From contig OZ024757.1 in assembly GCA_964016885.1 (NCBI GenBank), positions 16,802,001 through 16,866,000 on the forward strand: a stretch of 64,000 nucleotides of DNA. Reading direction: 5' to 3'. Source of the stretch: Eledone cirrhosa. Taxonomy: Eukaryota. A program made the position numbers and the translations under genes. The notes beneath the pieces are model-generated. The model was not told where the DNA came from and did no database searches. It saw only the letters and a list, made by a program, of their open reading frames with translations. This document shows positions 23,601 through 38,600 of the stretch, piece after piece (the first letter of the stretch is position 1; the number at the start of each line of letters is the position of its first letter).

Positions 23601-26600
23601 TCCATCTGTTACATTGCCGCCATCAATGTCTGCTGTGTACCTCCAACTCCTGCAGGTCCATCTGTTACATTGCCGCCATCAATGTCTGCTGTGTTCCAAC
23701 TCCTGCAGGTCCATCTGTTACATTGCCGCCATCAATGTCTGCTGTGTACCTCCAACGCCTGCAGGTCCATCTGTTACATTGCCGCCATCAATGTCTGCTG
23801 TGTTCCTCCAACTCCTGCAGGTCCATCTGTTACATTGCCGCCACCAATGTCTGCTATGTACCTCCAACTCCTGCAGGTCCATCTGTTACATTGCCGCCAT
23901 CAATGTCTGCTGTGTTCCAACTCCTGCAGGTCCATCTGTTACATTGCCGCCATCAATGTCTGCTGTGTTCCTCCAACTCCTGCAGGTCCATCTGTTACAT
24001 TGCCGCCATCAATGTCTGCTGTGTACCTCCAACTCCTGCAGGTCCATCTTTTACATTGCCGCCATCAATGTCTGCTGTGTACCTCCAACTCCTGCAGGTC
24101 CATCTGTTACATTGCCGCCATCAATGTCTGCTGTGTACCTCCAACTCCTGCAGGTCCATCTGTTACATTGCCGCCATCAATGTCTGCTGTGTACCTCCAA
24201 CTCCTGCAGGTCCATCTGTTACATTGCCGCCATCAATGTCTGCTGTGTACCTCCAACTCCTGCAGGTCCATCTGTTACATTGCCGCCATCAATGGCTGCT
24301 GTGTACCTCCAACGCCTGCAGGTCCATCTGTTACATTGCCGCCATCAATGTCTGCTGTGTACCTCCAACTCCTGCAGGTCCATCTGTTACATTGCCGCCA
24401 TCAATGTCTGCTGTGTTCCTCCAACTCCTGCAGGTCCATCTGTTACATTGCCGCCATCAATGTCTGCTGTGTACCTCCAACTCCTGCAGGTCCATCTGTT
24501 ACATTGCCGCCATCAATGTCTGCTGTGTTCCAACTCCTGCAGGTCCATCTGTTACATTGCCGCCATCAATGTCTGCTGTGTTCCTCCAACTCCTGCAGGT
24601 CCATCTGTTACATTGCCGCCATCAATGTCTGCTGTGTACCTCCAACTCCTGCAGGTCCATCTGTTACATTGCCGCCATCAATGTCTGCTGTGTACCTCCA
24701 ACTCCTGCAGGTCCATCTGTTACATTGCCGCCATCAATGTCTGCTGTGTACCTGCAACTCCTGCAGGTCCATCTGTTACATTGCCGCCATCAATGTCTGC
24801 TGTGTACCTCCAACTCCTGCAGGTCCATCTGTTACATTGCCGCCATCAATGTCTGCTGTGTACCTCCAACTCCTGCAGGTCCATCTGTTACATTGCCGCC
24901 ATCAATGTCTGCTGTGTACCTCCAACTCCTGCAGGTCCATCTGTTACATTGCCGCCATCAATGTCTGCTGTGTACCTCCAACTCCTGCAGGTCCATCTGT
25001 TACATTGCCGCCATCAATGTCTGCTGTGTTCCTCCAACTCCTGCAGGTCCATCTGTTACATTGGCGCCATCAATGTCTGCTGTGTACCTCCAACTCCTGC
25101 AGGTCCATCTGTTACATTGCCGCCATCAATGTCTGCTGTGTACCTCCAACTCCTGCAGGTCCATCTGTTACATTGGCGCCATCAATGTCTGCTGTGTACC
25201 TCCAACTCCTGCAGGTCCATCTGTTACATTGCCGCCATCAATGTCTGCTGTGTACATCCAACTCCTGCAGGTCCATCTGTTACATTGCCGCCATCAATGT
25301 CTGCTGTGTACCTCCAACTCCTGCATGTCCATCTGTTACATTGCCGCCATCAATGTCTGCTGTGTTCCAACTCCTGCAGGTCCATCTGTTACATTGCCGC
25401 CATCAATGTCTGCTGTGTACCTCCAACTCCTGCAGGTCCATCTGTTACATTGCCGCCATCAATGACTGCTGTGTACCTCCAACTCCTGCAGGTCCATCTG
25501 TTACATTGCCGCCATCAATGTCTGCTGTGTTCCTCCAACTCCTGCAGGTCCATCTGTTACATTGCCGCCATCAATGTCTGCTGTGTTCCTCCAACTCCTG
25601 CAGGTCCATCTGTTACATTGCCACCATCAATGTCTGCTGTGTTCCTCCAACTCCTGCAGGTCCATCTGTTACATTGCCATCATCAATGTCTGCTGTGTTC
25701 CTCCAACTCCTGCAGGTCCATCTGTTACATTGCCACCATCAATGTCTGCTGTGTTCCTCCAACTCCTGCAGGTCCATCTGTTACATTGCCACCATCAATG
25801 TCTGTTGTGTTCCAACTCCTGCAGCTCCATCTGTTACATTGCCGCCATCAATGTCTGCTGTGTACCTCCAACTCCTGCAGGTCCATCTGTTACATTGCCA
25901 CCATCAATGTCTGCTGTGTTCTTCCAACCCCTGCAGGTCCATCTGTTACATTGCCTCCATCAATGTCTGCTGTGTTCCTCCAACTCCTGCAGGTCCAACT
26001 GTTACATTGCCGCCATCAATGTCTGCTGTGTTCCTCCAACTCCTGCAGGTCCATCTGTTACATTGCCACCATCAATGTCTGCTGTGTTCCAACTCCTGCA
26101 GGTCCATCTGTTACATTGCCACCATCAATGTCTGCTGTGTTCCTCCAACTCCTGCAGGTCCATCTGTTACATTGCCGCCATCAATGTCTGCTGTGTACCT
26201 CCAACTCCTGCAGGTCCATCTGTTACATTACCTCCATCAATGTCTGCTGTGTACCTCCAACTCCTGCAGGTCCATCTGTTACATTGCCTCCATCAATGTC
26301 TGCTGTGTTCCAACTCCTGCAGGTCCATCTGTTACATTGCCGCCATCAATGTCTGCTGTGTACCTCCAACTCCTGCAGGTCCATCTGTTACATTGCCGCC
26401 ATCAATGTCTGCTGTGTACCTCCAACTCCTGCAGGTCCATCTGTTACATTGCCGCCATCAATGTCTGCTGTGTACCTCCAACTCCTGCAGGTCCATCTGT
26501 TACATTGCCGCCATCAATGTCTGCTGTGTTCCTCCAACTCCTGCAGGTCCATCTGTTACATTGCCGCCATCAATGTCTGCTGTGTACCTCCAACTCCTGC

Positions 26601-29600
26601 AGGTCCATCTGTTACATTGCCGCCATCAATGTCTGCTGTGTTCCTCCAACTCCTGCAGGTCCATCTGTTACATTGCCGCCATCAATGTCTGCTGTGTTCC
26701 TCCAACTCCTGCAGGTCCATCTGTTACATTGCCGCCATCAATGTCTGCTGTGTTCCTCCAACTCCTGCAGGTCCATCTGTTACATTGCCGCCATCAATGT
26801 CTGCTGTGTTCCAACTCCTGCAGGTCCATCTGTTACATTGCCGCCATCAATGTCTGCTGTGTTCCTCCAACTCCTGCAGGTCCATCTGTTACATTGCCAC
26901 CATCAATGTCTGCTGTGTTCCAACTCCTGCAGGTCCATCTGTTACATTGCCGCCATCAATGTCTGCTGTGTTCCTCCAACTCCTGCAGGTCCATCTGTTA
27001 CATTGCCACCATCAATGTCTGCTGTGTTCCAACTCCTGCAGGTCCATCTGTTACATTGCCGCCATCAATGTCTGCTGTGTTCCAACTCCTGCAGGTCCAT
27101 CTGTTACATTGAAGCCATCAATGTCTGCTGTGTTCCAACTCCTGCAGGTCCATCTGTTACATTGCCACCATCAATGTCTGCTGTGTTCCTCCAACACCTG
27201 CAGGTCCATCTGTTACATTGCCGCCATCAATGTCTGCTGTGTACCTCCAACTCCTGCAGGTCCATCTGTTACATTGCCACCATCAATGTCTGCTGTGTTC
27301 CTCCAACTACTGCAGGTCCATCTGTTACATTGCAGCCATCAATGTCTGCTGTGTTCCTCCAACTCCTGCAGGTCCATCTGTTACATTGCCGCCATCAATG
27401 TCTGCTGTGTTCCTCCAACTCCTGCAGGTCCATCTGTTACTTTGCCCCCATCAATGTCTGCTGTGTTCCAACTCCTGCAGGTCCATCTGTTACATTGCCA
27501 CCATCAATGTCTGCTGTGTTCCAACTCCTGCAGGTCCATCTGTTACATTGCCGCCATCAATGTCTGCTGTGTTCCTCCAACTCCTGCAGGTCCATCTGTT
27601 ACATTGCCGCCATCAATGTCTGCTGTGTTCCTCCAACTCCTGCAGGTCCATCTGTTACATTGCCACCATCAATGTCTGCTGTGTTCCAACTCCTGCAGGT
27701 CCATCTGTTACATTGCCACCATCAATGTCTGCTGTGTTCCAACTCCTGCAGGTCCATCTGTTACATTGCCACCATCAATGTCTTCTGTGTTCCAACTCCT
27801 GCAGGTCCATCTGTTACATTGCCACCATCAATGTCTGCTGTGTTCCAACTCCTGCAGGTCCATCTGTTACATTGCTGCCATCAATGTCTGCTGTGTTCCT
27901 CCAACTCCTGCAGGTCCATCTGTTACATTGCCACCATCAATGTCTGCTGTGTTCCTCCAACTCCTGCAGGTCCATCTGTTACATTGCCGCCATCAATGTC
28001 TGCTGTGTACCTCCAACTCCTGCAGGTACATCTGTTACATTACCTCCATCAATGTCTGCTGTGTACCTCCAACTCCTGCAGGTCCATCTGTTACATTGCC
28101 TCCATCAATGTCTGCTGTGTTCCAACTCCTGCAGGTCCATCTGTTACATTGCCGCCATCAATGTCTGCTGTGTACCTCCAACTCCTGCAGGTCCATCTGT
28201 TACATTGCCGCCATCAATGTCTGCTGTGTACCTCCAACTCCTGCAGGTCCATCTGTTACATTGCCGCCATCAATGTCTGCTGTGTACCTCCAACTCCTGC
28301 AGGTCCATCTGTTACATTGCCGCCATCAATGTCTGCTGTGTTCCTCCAACTCCTGCAGGTCCATCTGTTACATTGCCGCCATCAATGTCTGCTGTGTACC
28401 TCCAACTCCTGCAGGTCCATCTGTTACATTGCCGCCATCAATGTCTGCTGTGTTCCTCCAACTCCTGCAGGTCCATCTGTTACATTGCCACCATCAATGT
28501 CTGCTTTGTTCCAACTCCTGCAGGTCCATCTGTTACATTGCCACCATCAATGTCTTCTGTGTTCCAACTCCTGCAGGTCCATCTGTTACATTGCCACCAT
28601 CAATGTCTGCTGTGTTCCAACTCCTGCAGGTCCATCTGTTACATTGCTGCCATCAATGTCTGCTGTGTTCCTCCAACTCCTGCAGGTCCATCTGTTACAT
28701 TGCCACCATCAATGTCTGCTGTGTTCCTCCAACTCCTGCAGGTCCATCTGTTACATTGCCGCCATCAATGTCTGCTGTGTACCTCCAACTCCTGCAGGTA
28801 CATCTGTTACATTACCTCCATCAATGTCTGCTGTGTACCTCCAACTCCTGCAGGTCCATCTGTTACATTGCCTCCATCAATGTCTGCTGTGTTCCAACTC
28901 CTGCAGGTCCATCTGTTACATTGCCGCCATCAATGTCTGCTGTGTACCTCCAACTCCTGCAGGTCCATCTGTTACATTGCCGCCATCAATGTCTGCTGTG
29001 TACCTCCAACTCCTGCAGGTCCATCTGTTACATTGCCGCCATCAATGTCTGCTGTGTACCTCCAACTCCTGCAGGTCCATCTGTTACATTGCCGCCATCA
29101 ATGTCTGCTGTGTTCCTCCAACTCCTGCAGGTCCATCTGTTACATTGCCGCCATCAATGTCTGCTGTGTACCTCCAACTCCTGCAGGTCCATCTGTTACA
29201 TTGCCGCCATCAATGTCTGCTGTGTTCCTCCAACTCCTGCAGGTCCATCTGTTACATTGCCGCCATCGATGTCTGCTGTGTTCCTATTCCTGCAGGTCCA
29301 TCTGTTACATTGCCGCCATCAATGTCTGCTGTGTACCTCCAACTCCTGCAGGTCCATCTGTTACATTGCCGCCATCAATGTCTGCTGTGTACCTCCAACT
29401 CCTGCAGGTCCATCTGTTACATTGCCGCCATCAATGTCTGCTGTGTTCCAACTCCTGCAGGTCCATCTGTTACATTGCCGCCATCAATGTCTGCTGTGTA
29501 CCTCCAACTCCTGCAGGTCCATCTGTTACATTGCCGCCATCAATGTCTGCTGTGTTCCTCCAACTCCTGCAGGTCCATCTGTTACATTGCCGCCATCAAT

Positions 29601-32600
29601 GTCTGCTGTGTTCCTCCAACTCCTGCAGGTCCATCTGTTACATTGCCGCCATCAATGTCTGCTGTGTTCCAACTCCTGCAGGTCCATCTGTTACATTGCC
29701 GCCATCAATGTCTGCTGTGTACCTCCAACTCCTGCAGGTCCATCTGTTACATTGCCGCCATCAATGTCTGCTGTGTTCCTCCAACTCCTGCAGGTCCATC
29801 TGTTACATTGCCGCCATCAATGTCTGCTGTGTACCTCCAACTCCTGCAGGTCCATCTGTTACATTGCCGCCATCAATGTCTGCTGTGTTCCTCCAACTCC
29901 TGCAGGTCCATCTGTTACATTGCCGCCATCAATGTCTGCTGTGTACCTCCAACTCCTGCAGGTCCATCTGTTACATTGCCGCCATCAATGTCTGCTGTGT
30001 TCCTCCAACTCCTGCAGGTCCATCTGTTACATTGCCGCCATCAATGTCTGCTGTGTACCTCCAACTCCTGCAGGTCCATCTGTTACATTGCCGCCATCAA
30101 TGTCTGCTGTGTTCCTCCAACTCCTGCAGGTCCATCTGTTACATTGCCGCCATCAATGTCTGCTGTGTACCTCCAACTCCTGCAGGTCCATCTGTTACAT
30201 TGCCGCCATCAATGTCTGCTGTGTACCTCCAACTCCTGCAGGTCCATCTGTTACATTGCCGCCATCAATGTCTGCTGTGTACCTCCAACTCCTGCAGGTC
30301 CATCTGTTACATTGCCGCCATCAATGTCTGCTGTGTTCCAACTCCTGCAGGTCCATCTGTTGCATTGCCACCATCAATGTCTGCTGTGTACCTCCAACTC
30401 CTGCAGGTCCATCTGTTACATTGCCACCATCAATGTCTGCTGTGTTCCTCCAACTCCTGCAGGTCCATCTGTTACATTGCCGCCATCAATGTCTGCTGTG
30501 TACCTCCAACTCCTGCAGGTCCATCTGTTACATTGCCGCCATCAATGTCTGCTGTGTACCTCCAACTCCTGCAGGTCCATCTGTTACATTGCCGCCATCA
30601 ATGTCTGCTGTGTTCCAACTCCTGCAGGTCCATCTGTTACATTGCCGCCATCAATGTCTGCTGTGTACCTCCAACGCCTGCAGGTCCATCTGTTACATTG
30701 CCGCCATCAATGTCTGCTGTGTTCCTCCAACTCCTGCAGGTCCATCTGTTACATTGCCGCCATCAATGTCTGCTATGTACCTCCAACTCCTGCAGGTCCA
30801 TCTGTTACATTGCCGCCATCAATGTCTGCTGTGTTCCAACTCCTGCAGGTCCATCTGTTACATTGCCGCCATCAATGTCTGCTGTGTTCCTCCAACTCCT
30901 GCAGGTCCATCTGTTACATTGCCGCCATCAATGTCTGCTGTGTACCTCCAACTCCTGCAGGTCCATCTGTTACATTGCCGCCATCAATGTCTGCTGTGTA
31001 CCTCCAACTCCTGCAGGTCCATCTGTTACATTGCCGCCATCAATGTCTGCTGTGTACCTCCAACTCCTGCAGGTCCATCTGTTACATTGCCGCCATCAAT
31101 GTCTGCTGTGTACCTCCAACTCCTGCAGGTCCATCTGTTACATTGCCGCCATCAATGTCTGCTGTGTACCTCCAACTCCTGCAGGTCCATCTGTTACATT
31201 GCCGCCATCAATGGCTGCTGTGTACCTCCAACGCCTGCAGGTCCATCTGTTACATTGCCGCCATCAATGTCTGCTGTGTACCTCCAACTCCTGCAGGTCC
31301 ATCTGTTACATTGCCGCCATCAATGTCTGCTGTGTTCCTCCAACTCCTGCAGGTCCATCTGTTACATTGCCGCCATCAATGTCTGCTGTGTACCTCCAAC
31401 TCCTGCAGGTCCATCTGTTACATTGCCGCCATCAATGTCTGCTGTGTTCCAACTCCTGCAGGTCCATCTGTTACATTGCCGCCATCAATGTCTGCTGTGT
31501 TCCTCCAACTCCTGCAGGTCCATCTGTTACATTGCCGCCATCAATGTCTGCTGTGTACCTCCAACTCCTGCAGGTCCATCTGTTACATTGCCGCCATCAA
31601 TGTCTGCTGTGTACCTCCAACTCCTGCAGGTCCATCTGTTACATTGCCGCCATCAATGTCTGCTGTGTACCTGCAACTCCTGCAGGTCCATCTGTTACAT
31701 TGCCGCCATCAATGTCTGCTGTGTACCTCCAACTCCTGCAGGTCCATCTGTTACATTGCCGCCATCAATGTCTGCTGTGTACCTCCAACTCCTGCAGGTC
31801 CATCTGTTACATTGCCGCCATCAATGTCTGCTGTGTACCTCCAACTCCTGCAGGTCCATCTGTTACATTGGCGCCATCAATGTCTGCTGTGTACCTCCAA
31901 CTCCTGCAGGTCCATCTGTTACATTGCCGCCATCAATGTCTGCTGTGTACATCCAACTCCTGCAGGTCCATCTGTTACATTGCCGCCATCAATGTCTGCT
32001 GTGTACCTCCAACTCCTGCATGTCCATCTGTTACATTGCCGCCATCAATGTCTGCTGTGTTCCAACTCCTGCAGGTCCATCTGTTACATTGCCGCCATCA
32101 ATGTCTGCTGTGTACCTCCAACTCCTGCAGGTCCATCTGTTACATTGCCGCCATCAATGACTGCTGTGTACCTCCAACTCCTGCAGGTCCATCTGTTACA
32201 TTGCCGCCATCAATGTCTGCTGTGTTCCTCCAACTCCTGCAGGTCCATCTGTTACATTGCCACCATCAATGTCTGCTGTGTTCCTCCAACTCCTGCAGGT
32301 CCATCTGTTACATTGCCACCATCAATGTCTGCTGTGTTCCTCCAACTCCTGCAGGTCCATCTGTTACATTGCCATCATCAATGTCTGCTGTGTTCCTCCA
32401 ACTCCTGCAGGTCCATCTGTTACATTGCCACCATCAATGTCTGCTGTGTTCCTCCAACTCCTGCAGGTCCATCTGTTACATTGCCACCATCAATGTCTGT
32501 TGTGTTCCAACTCCTGCAGCTCCATCTGTTACATTGCCGCCATCAATGTCTGCTGTGTACCTCCAACTCCTGCAGGTCCATCTGTTACATTGCCACCATC

Positions 32601-35600
32601 AATGTCTGCTGTGTTCTTCCAACCCCTGCAGGTCCATCTGTTACATTGCCTCCATCAATGTCTGCTGTGTTCCTCCAACTCCTGCAGGTCCAACTGTTAC
32701 ATTGCCGCCATCAATGTCTGCTGTGTTCCTCCAACTCCTGCAGGTCCATCTGTTACATTGCCACCATCAATGTCTGCTGTGTTCCAACTCCTGCAGGTCC
32801 ATCTGTTACATTGCCACCATCAATGTCTGCTGTGTTCCTCCAACTCCTGCAGGTCCATCTGTTACATTGCCGCCATCAATGTCTGCTGTGTACCTCCAAC
32901 TCCTGCAGGTCCATCTGTTACATTACCTCCATCAATGTCTGCTGTGTACCTCCAACTCCTGCAGGTCCATCTGTTACATTGCCTCCATCAATGTCTGCTG
33001 TGTTCCAACTCCTGCAGGTCCATCTGTTACATTGCCGCCATCAATGTCTGCTGTGTACCTCCAACTCCTGCAGGTCCATCTGTTACATTGCCGCCATCAA
33101 TGTCTGCTGTGTACCTCCAACTCCTGCAGGTCCATCTGTTACATTGCCGCCATCAATGTCTGCTGTGTACCTCCAACTCCTGCAGGTCCATCTGTTACAT
33201 TGCCGCCATCAATGTCTGCTGTGTTCCTCCAACTCCTGCAGGTCCATCTGTTACATTGCCGCCATCAATGTCTGCTGTGTACCTCCAACTCCTGCAGGTC
33301 CATCTGTTACATTGCCGCCATCAATGTCTGCTGTGTTCCTCCAACTCCTGCAGGTCCATCTGTTACATTGCCACCATCAATGTCTGCTGTGTTCCTCCAA
33401 CTCCTGCAGGTCCATCTGTTACATTGCCGCCATCAATGTCTGCTGTGTTCCTCCAACTCCTGCAGGTCCATCTGTTACATTGCCGCCATCAATGTCTGCT
33501 GTGTTCCAACTCCTGCAGGTCCATCTGTTACATTGCCGCCATCAATGTCTGCTGTGTTCCTCCAACTCCTGCAGGTCCATCTGTTACATTGCCACCATCA
33601 ATGTCTGCTGTGTTCCAACTCCTGCAGGTCCATCTGTTACATTGCCGCCATCAATGTCTGCTGTGTTCCTCCAACTCCTGCAGGTCCATCTGTTACATTG
33701 CCACCATCAATGTCTGCTGTGTTCCAACTCCTGCAGGTCCATCTGTTACATTGCCGCCATCAATGTCTGCTGTGTTCCAACTCCTGCAGGTCCATCTGTT
33801 ACATTGAAGCCATCAATGTCTGCTGTGTTCCAACTCCTGCAGGTCCATCTGTTACATTGCCACCATCAATGTCTGCTGTGTTCCTCCAACACCTGCAGGT
33901 CCATCTGTTACATTGCCGCCATCAATGTCTGCTGTGTACCTCCAACTCCTGCAGGTCCATCTGTTACATTGCCACCATCAATGTCTGCTGTGTTCCTCCA
34001 ACTACTGCAGGTCCATCTGTTACATTGCAGCCATCAATGTCTGCTGTGTTCCTCCAACTCCTGCAGGTCCATCTGTTACATTTCCGCCATCAATGTCTGC
34101 TGTGTTCCTCCAACTCCTGCAGGTCCATCTGTTACATTGCCACCATCAATGTCTGCTGTGTTCCAACTCCTGCAGGTCCATCTGTTACATTGCCGCCATC
34201 AATGTCTGCTGTGTTCCTCCAACTCCTGCAGGTCCATCTGTTACTTTGCCCCCATCAATGTCTGCTGTGTTCCAACTCCTGCAGGTCCATCTGTTACATT
34301 GCCACCATCAATGTCTGCTGTGTTCCAACTCCTGCAGGTCCATCTGTTACATTGCCGCCATCAATGTCTGCTGTGTTCCTCCAACTCCTGCAGGTCCATC
34401 TGTTACATTGCCGCCATCAATGTCTGCTGTGTTCCTCCAACTCCTGCAGGTCCATCTGTTACATTGCCACCATCAATGTCTGCTGTGTTCCAACTCCTGC
34501 AGGTCCATCTGTTACATTGCCACCATCAATGTCTGCTGTGTTCCAACTCCTGCAGGTCCATCTGTTACATTGCCACCATCAATGTCTTCTGTGTTCCAAC
34601 TCCTGCAGGTCCATCTGTTACATTGCCACCATCAATGTCTGCTGTGTTCCAACTCCTGCAGGTCCATCTGTTACATTGCTGCCATCAATGTCTGCTGTGT
34701 TCCTCCAACTCCTGCAGGTCCATCTGTTACATTGCCACCATCAATGTCTGCTGTGTTCCTCCAACTCCTGCAGGTCCATCTGTTACATTGCCGCCATCAA
34801 TGTCTGCTGTGTACCTCCAACTCCTGCAGGTACATCTGTTACATTACCTCCATCAATGTCTGCTGTGTACCTCCAACTCCTGCAGGTCCATCTGTTACAT
34901 TGCCTCCATCAATGTCTGCTGTGTTCCAACTCCTGCAGGTCCATCTGTTACATTGCCGCCATCAATGTCTGCTGTGTACCTCCAACTCCTGCAGGTCCAT
35001 CTGTTACATTGCCGCCATCAATGTCTGCTGTGTACCTCCAACTCCTGCAGGTCCATCTGTTACATTGCCGCCATCAATGTCTGCTGTGTACCTCCAACTC
35101 CTGCAGGTCCATCTGTTACATTGCCGCCATCAATGTCTGCTGTGTTCCTCCAACTCCTGCAGGTCCATCTGTTACATTGCCGCCATCAATGTCTGCTGTG
35201 TACCTCCAACTCCTGCAGGTCCATCTGTTACATTGCCGCCATCAATGTCTGCTGTGTTCCTCCAACTCCTGCAGGTCCATCTGTTACATTGCCGCCATCA
35301 ATGTCTGCTGTGTTCCTCCAACTCCTGCAGGTCCATCTGTTACATTGCCGCCATCAATGTCTGCTGTGTTCCTCCAACTCCTGCAGGTCCATCTGTTACA
35401 TTGCCGCCATCAATGTCTGCTGTGTTCCAACTCCTGCAGGTCCATCTGTTACATTGCCGCCATCAATGTCTGCTGTGTTCCTCCAACTCCTGCAGGTCCA
35501 TCTGTTACATTGCCACCATCAATGTCTGCTGTGTTCCAACTCCTGCAGGTCCATCTGTTACATTGCCGCCATCAATGTCTGCTGTGTTCCTCTAACTCCT

Positions 35601-38600
35601 GCAGGTCCATCTGTTACATTGCCACCATCAATGTCTGCTGTGTTCCAACTCCTGCAGGTCCATCTGTTACATTGCCGCCATCAATGTCTGCTGTGTTCCA
35701 ACTCCTGCAGGTCCATCTGTTACATTGCAGCCATCAATGTCTGCTGTGTTCCAACTCCTGCAGGTCCATCTGTTACATTGCCACCATCAATGTCTGCTGT
35801 GTTCCTCCAACACCTGCAGGTCCATCTGTTACATTGCCGCCATCAATGTCTGCTGTGTACCTCCAACTCCTGCAGGTCCATCTGTTACATTGCCACCATC
35901 AATGTCTGCTGTGTTCCTCCAACTACTGCAGGTCCATCTGTTACATTGCAGCCATCAATGTCTGCTGTGTTCCTCCAACTCCTGCAGGTCCATCTGTTAC
36001 ATTTCCGCCATCAATGTCTGCTGTGTTCCTCCAACTCCTGCAGGTCCATCTGTTACATTGCCACCATCAATGTCTGCTGTGTTCCAACTCCTGCAGGTCC
36101 ATCTGTTACATTGCCGCCATCAATGTCTGCTGTGTTCCTCCAACTCCTGCAGGTCCATCTGTTACTTTGCCCCCATCAATGTCTGCTGTGTTCCAACTCC
36201 TGCAGGTCCATCTGTTACATTGCCACCATCAATGTCTGCTGTGTTCCAACTCCTGCAGGTCCATCTGTTACATTGCCGCCATCAATGTCTGCTGTGTTCC
36301 TCCAACTCCTGCAGGTCCATCTGTTACATTGCCGCCATCAATGTCTGCTGTGTTCCTCCAACTCCTGCAGGTCCATCTGTTACATTGCCACCATCAATGT
36401 CTGCTGTGTTCCAACTCCTGCAGGTCCATCTGTTACATTGCCACCATCAATGTCTGCTGTGTTCCAACTCCTGCAGGTCCATCTGTTACATTGCCACCAT
36501 CAATGTCTTCTGTGTTCCAACTCCTGCAGGTGCATCTGTTACATTGCCACCATCAATGTCTGCTGTGTTCCAACTCCTGCAGGTCCATCTGTTACATTGC
36601 TGCCATCAATGTCTGCTGTGTTCCTCCAACTCCTGCAGGTCCATCTGTTACATTGCCTCCATCAATGTCTGCTGTGTTCCTCCAACTCCTGCAGGTCCAT
36701 CTGTTACATTGCCGCCATCAATGGCTGCTGTGTTCCTCCAACTCCTGCAGGTCCATCTGTTACATCGCCGCCATCAATGTCTGCTGTGTTCCAACTCCTG
36801 CAGGTCCATCTGTTACATTGCCGCCATCAATGTCTGCTGTGTACCTCCAACTCCTGCAGGTCCATCTGTTACATTGCCACCATCAATGTCTGCTGTGTTC
36901 CTCCAACTCCTGCAGGTCCATCTGTTACATTGCCGCCATCAATGTCTGCTGTGTACCTCCAACTCCTGCAGGTCCATCTGTTACATTGCCGCCATCAATG
37001 TCTGCTGTGTACCTCCAACTCCTGCAGGTCCATCTGTTACATTGCCGCCATCAATGTCTGCTGTGTTCCTCCAACTCCTGCAGGTCCATCTGTTACATTG
37101 CCACCATCAATGTCTGCTGTGTTCCTCCAACTCCTGCAGGTCCATCTGTTACATTGCCGCCATCAATGTCTGCTGTGTTCCAACTCCTGCAGGTCCATCT
37201 GTTACATTGCCGCCATCAATGTCTGCTGTGTACCTCCAACTCCTGCAGGTCCATCTGTTACATTGCCACCATCAATGTCTGCTGTGTTCCTCCAACTCCT
37301 GCAGGTCCATCTGTTACATTGCCGCCATCAATGTCTGCTGTGTACCTCCAACTCCTGCAGGTCCATCTGTTACATTGCCGCCATCAATGTCTGCTGTGTT
37401 CCAACTCCTGCAGGTCCATCTGTTACATTGCCGCCATCAATGTCTGCTGTGTACCTCCAACACCTGCAGGTCCATCTGTTACATTGCCGCCATCAATGTC
37501 TGCTGTGTTCCAACTCCTGCAGGTCCATCTCTTACATTGCCGCCATCAATGTCTGCTGTGTTCCTCCAACTCCTGCAGGTCCATCTGTTACATTGCCTCC
37601 ATCAATGTCTGCTGTGTACCTCCAACTCCTGCAGGTCCATCTGTTACATTGCCGCCATCAATGTCTGCTGTGTACCTCCAACTCCTGCAGGTCCATCTGT
37701 TACATTGCCGCCATCAATGTCTGCTGTGTACCTCCAACTCCTGCAGGTCCATCTGTTACATTGCCGCCATCAATGTCTGCTGTGTACCTCCAACTCCTGC
37801 AGGTCCATCTGTTACATTGCCGCCATCAATGTCTGCTGTGTTCCTCCAACTCCTGCAGGTCCATCTGTTACATTGCCGCCATCAATGTCTGCTGTGTTCC
37901 TCCAACTCCTGCAGGTCCATCTGTTACATTGCCGCCATCAATGTCTGCTGTGTTCCTCCAATTCCTGCAGGTCCATCTGTTACATTGCCGCCATCAATGT
38001 CTGCTGTGTTCCAACTCCTGCAGGTCCATCTGTTAGATTGCCGCCATCGATGTCTGCTGTGTTCCAACTCCTGCAGGTCCATCTGTTACATTGCCGCCAT
38101 CAATGTCTGCTGTGTACCTCCAACTCCTGCAGGTCCATCTGTTACATTGCCGCCATCAATGTCTGCTGTGTACCTCCAACTCCTGCAGGTCCATCTGTTA
38201 CATTGCCGCCATCAATGTCTGCTGTGTTCCTCCAACTCCTGCAGGTCCATCTGTTACATTGCCGCCATCAATGTCTGCTGTGTTCCTCCAACTCCTGCAG
38301 GTCCATCTGTTACATTGCCGCCATCAATGTCTGCTGTGTTCCTCCAACTCCTGCAGGTCCATCTGTTACATTGCCGCCATCAATGTCTGCTGTGTTCCTC
38401 CAATTCCTGCAGGTCCATCTGTTACATTGCCGCCATCAATGTCTGCTGTGTTCCAACTCCTGCAGGTCCATCTGTTAGATTGCCGCCATCGATGTCTGCT
38501 GTGTTCCAACTCCTGCAGGTCCATCTGATACATTGCCGCCATCAATGTCTGCTGTGTACCTCCAACTCCTGCAGGTCCATCTGTTACATTGCCGCCATCA

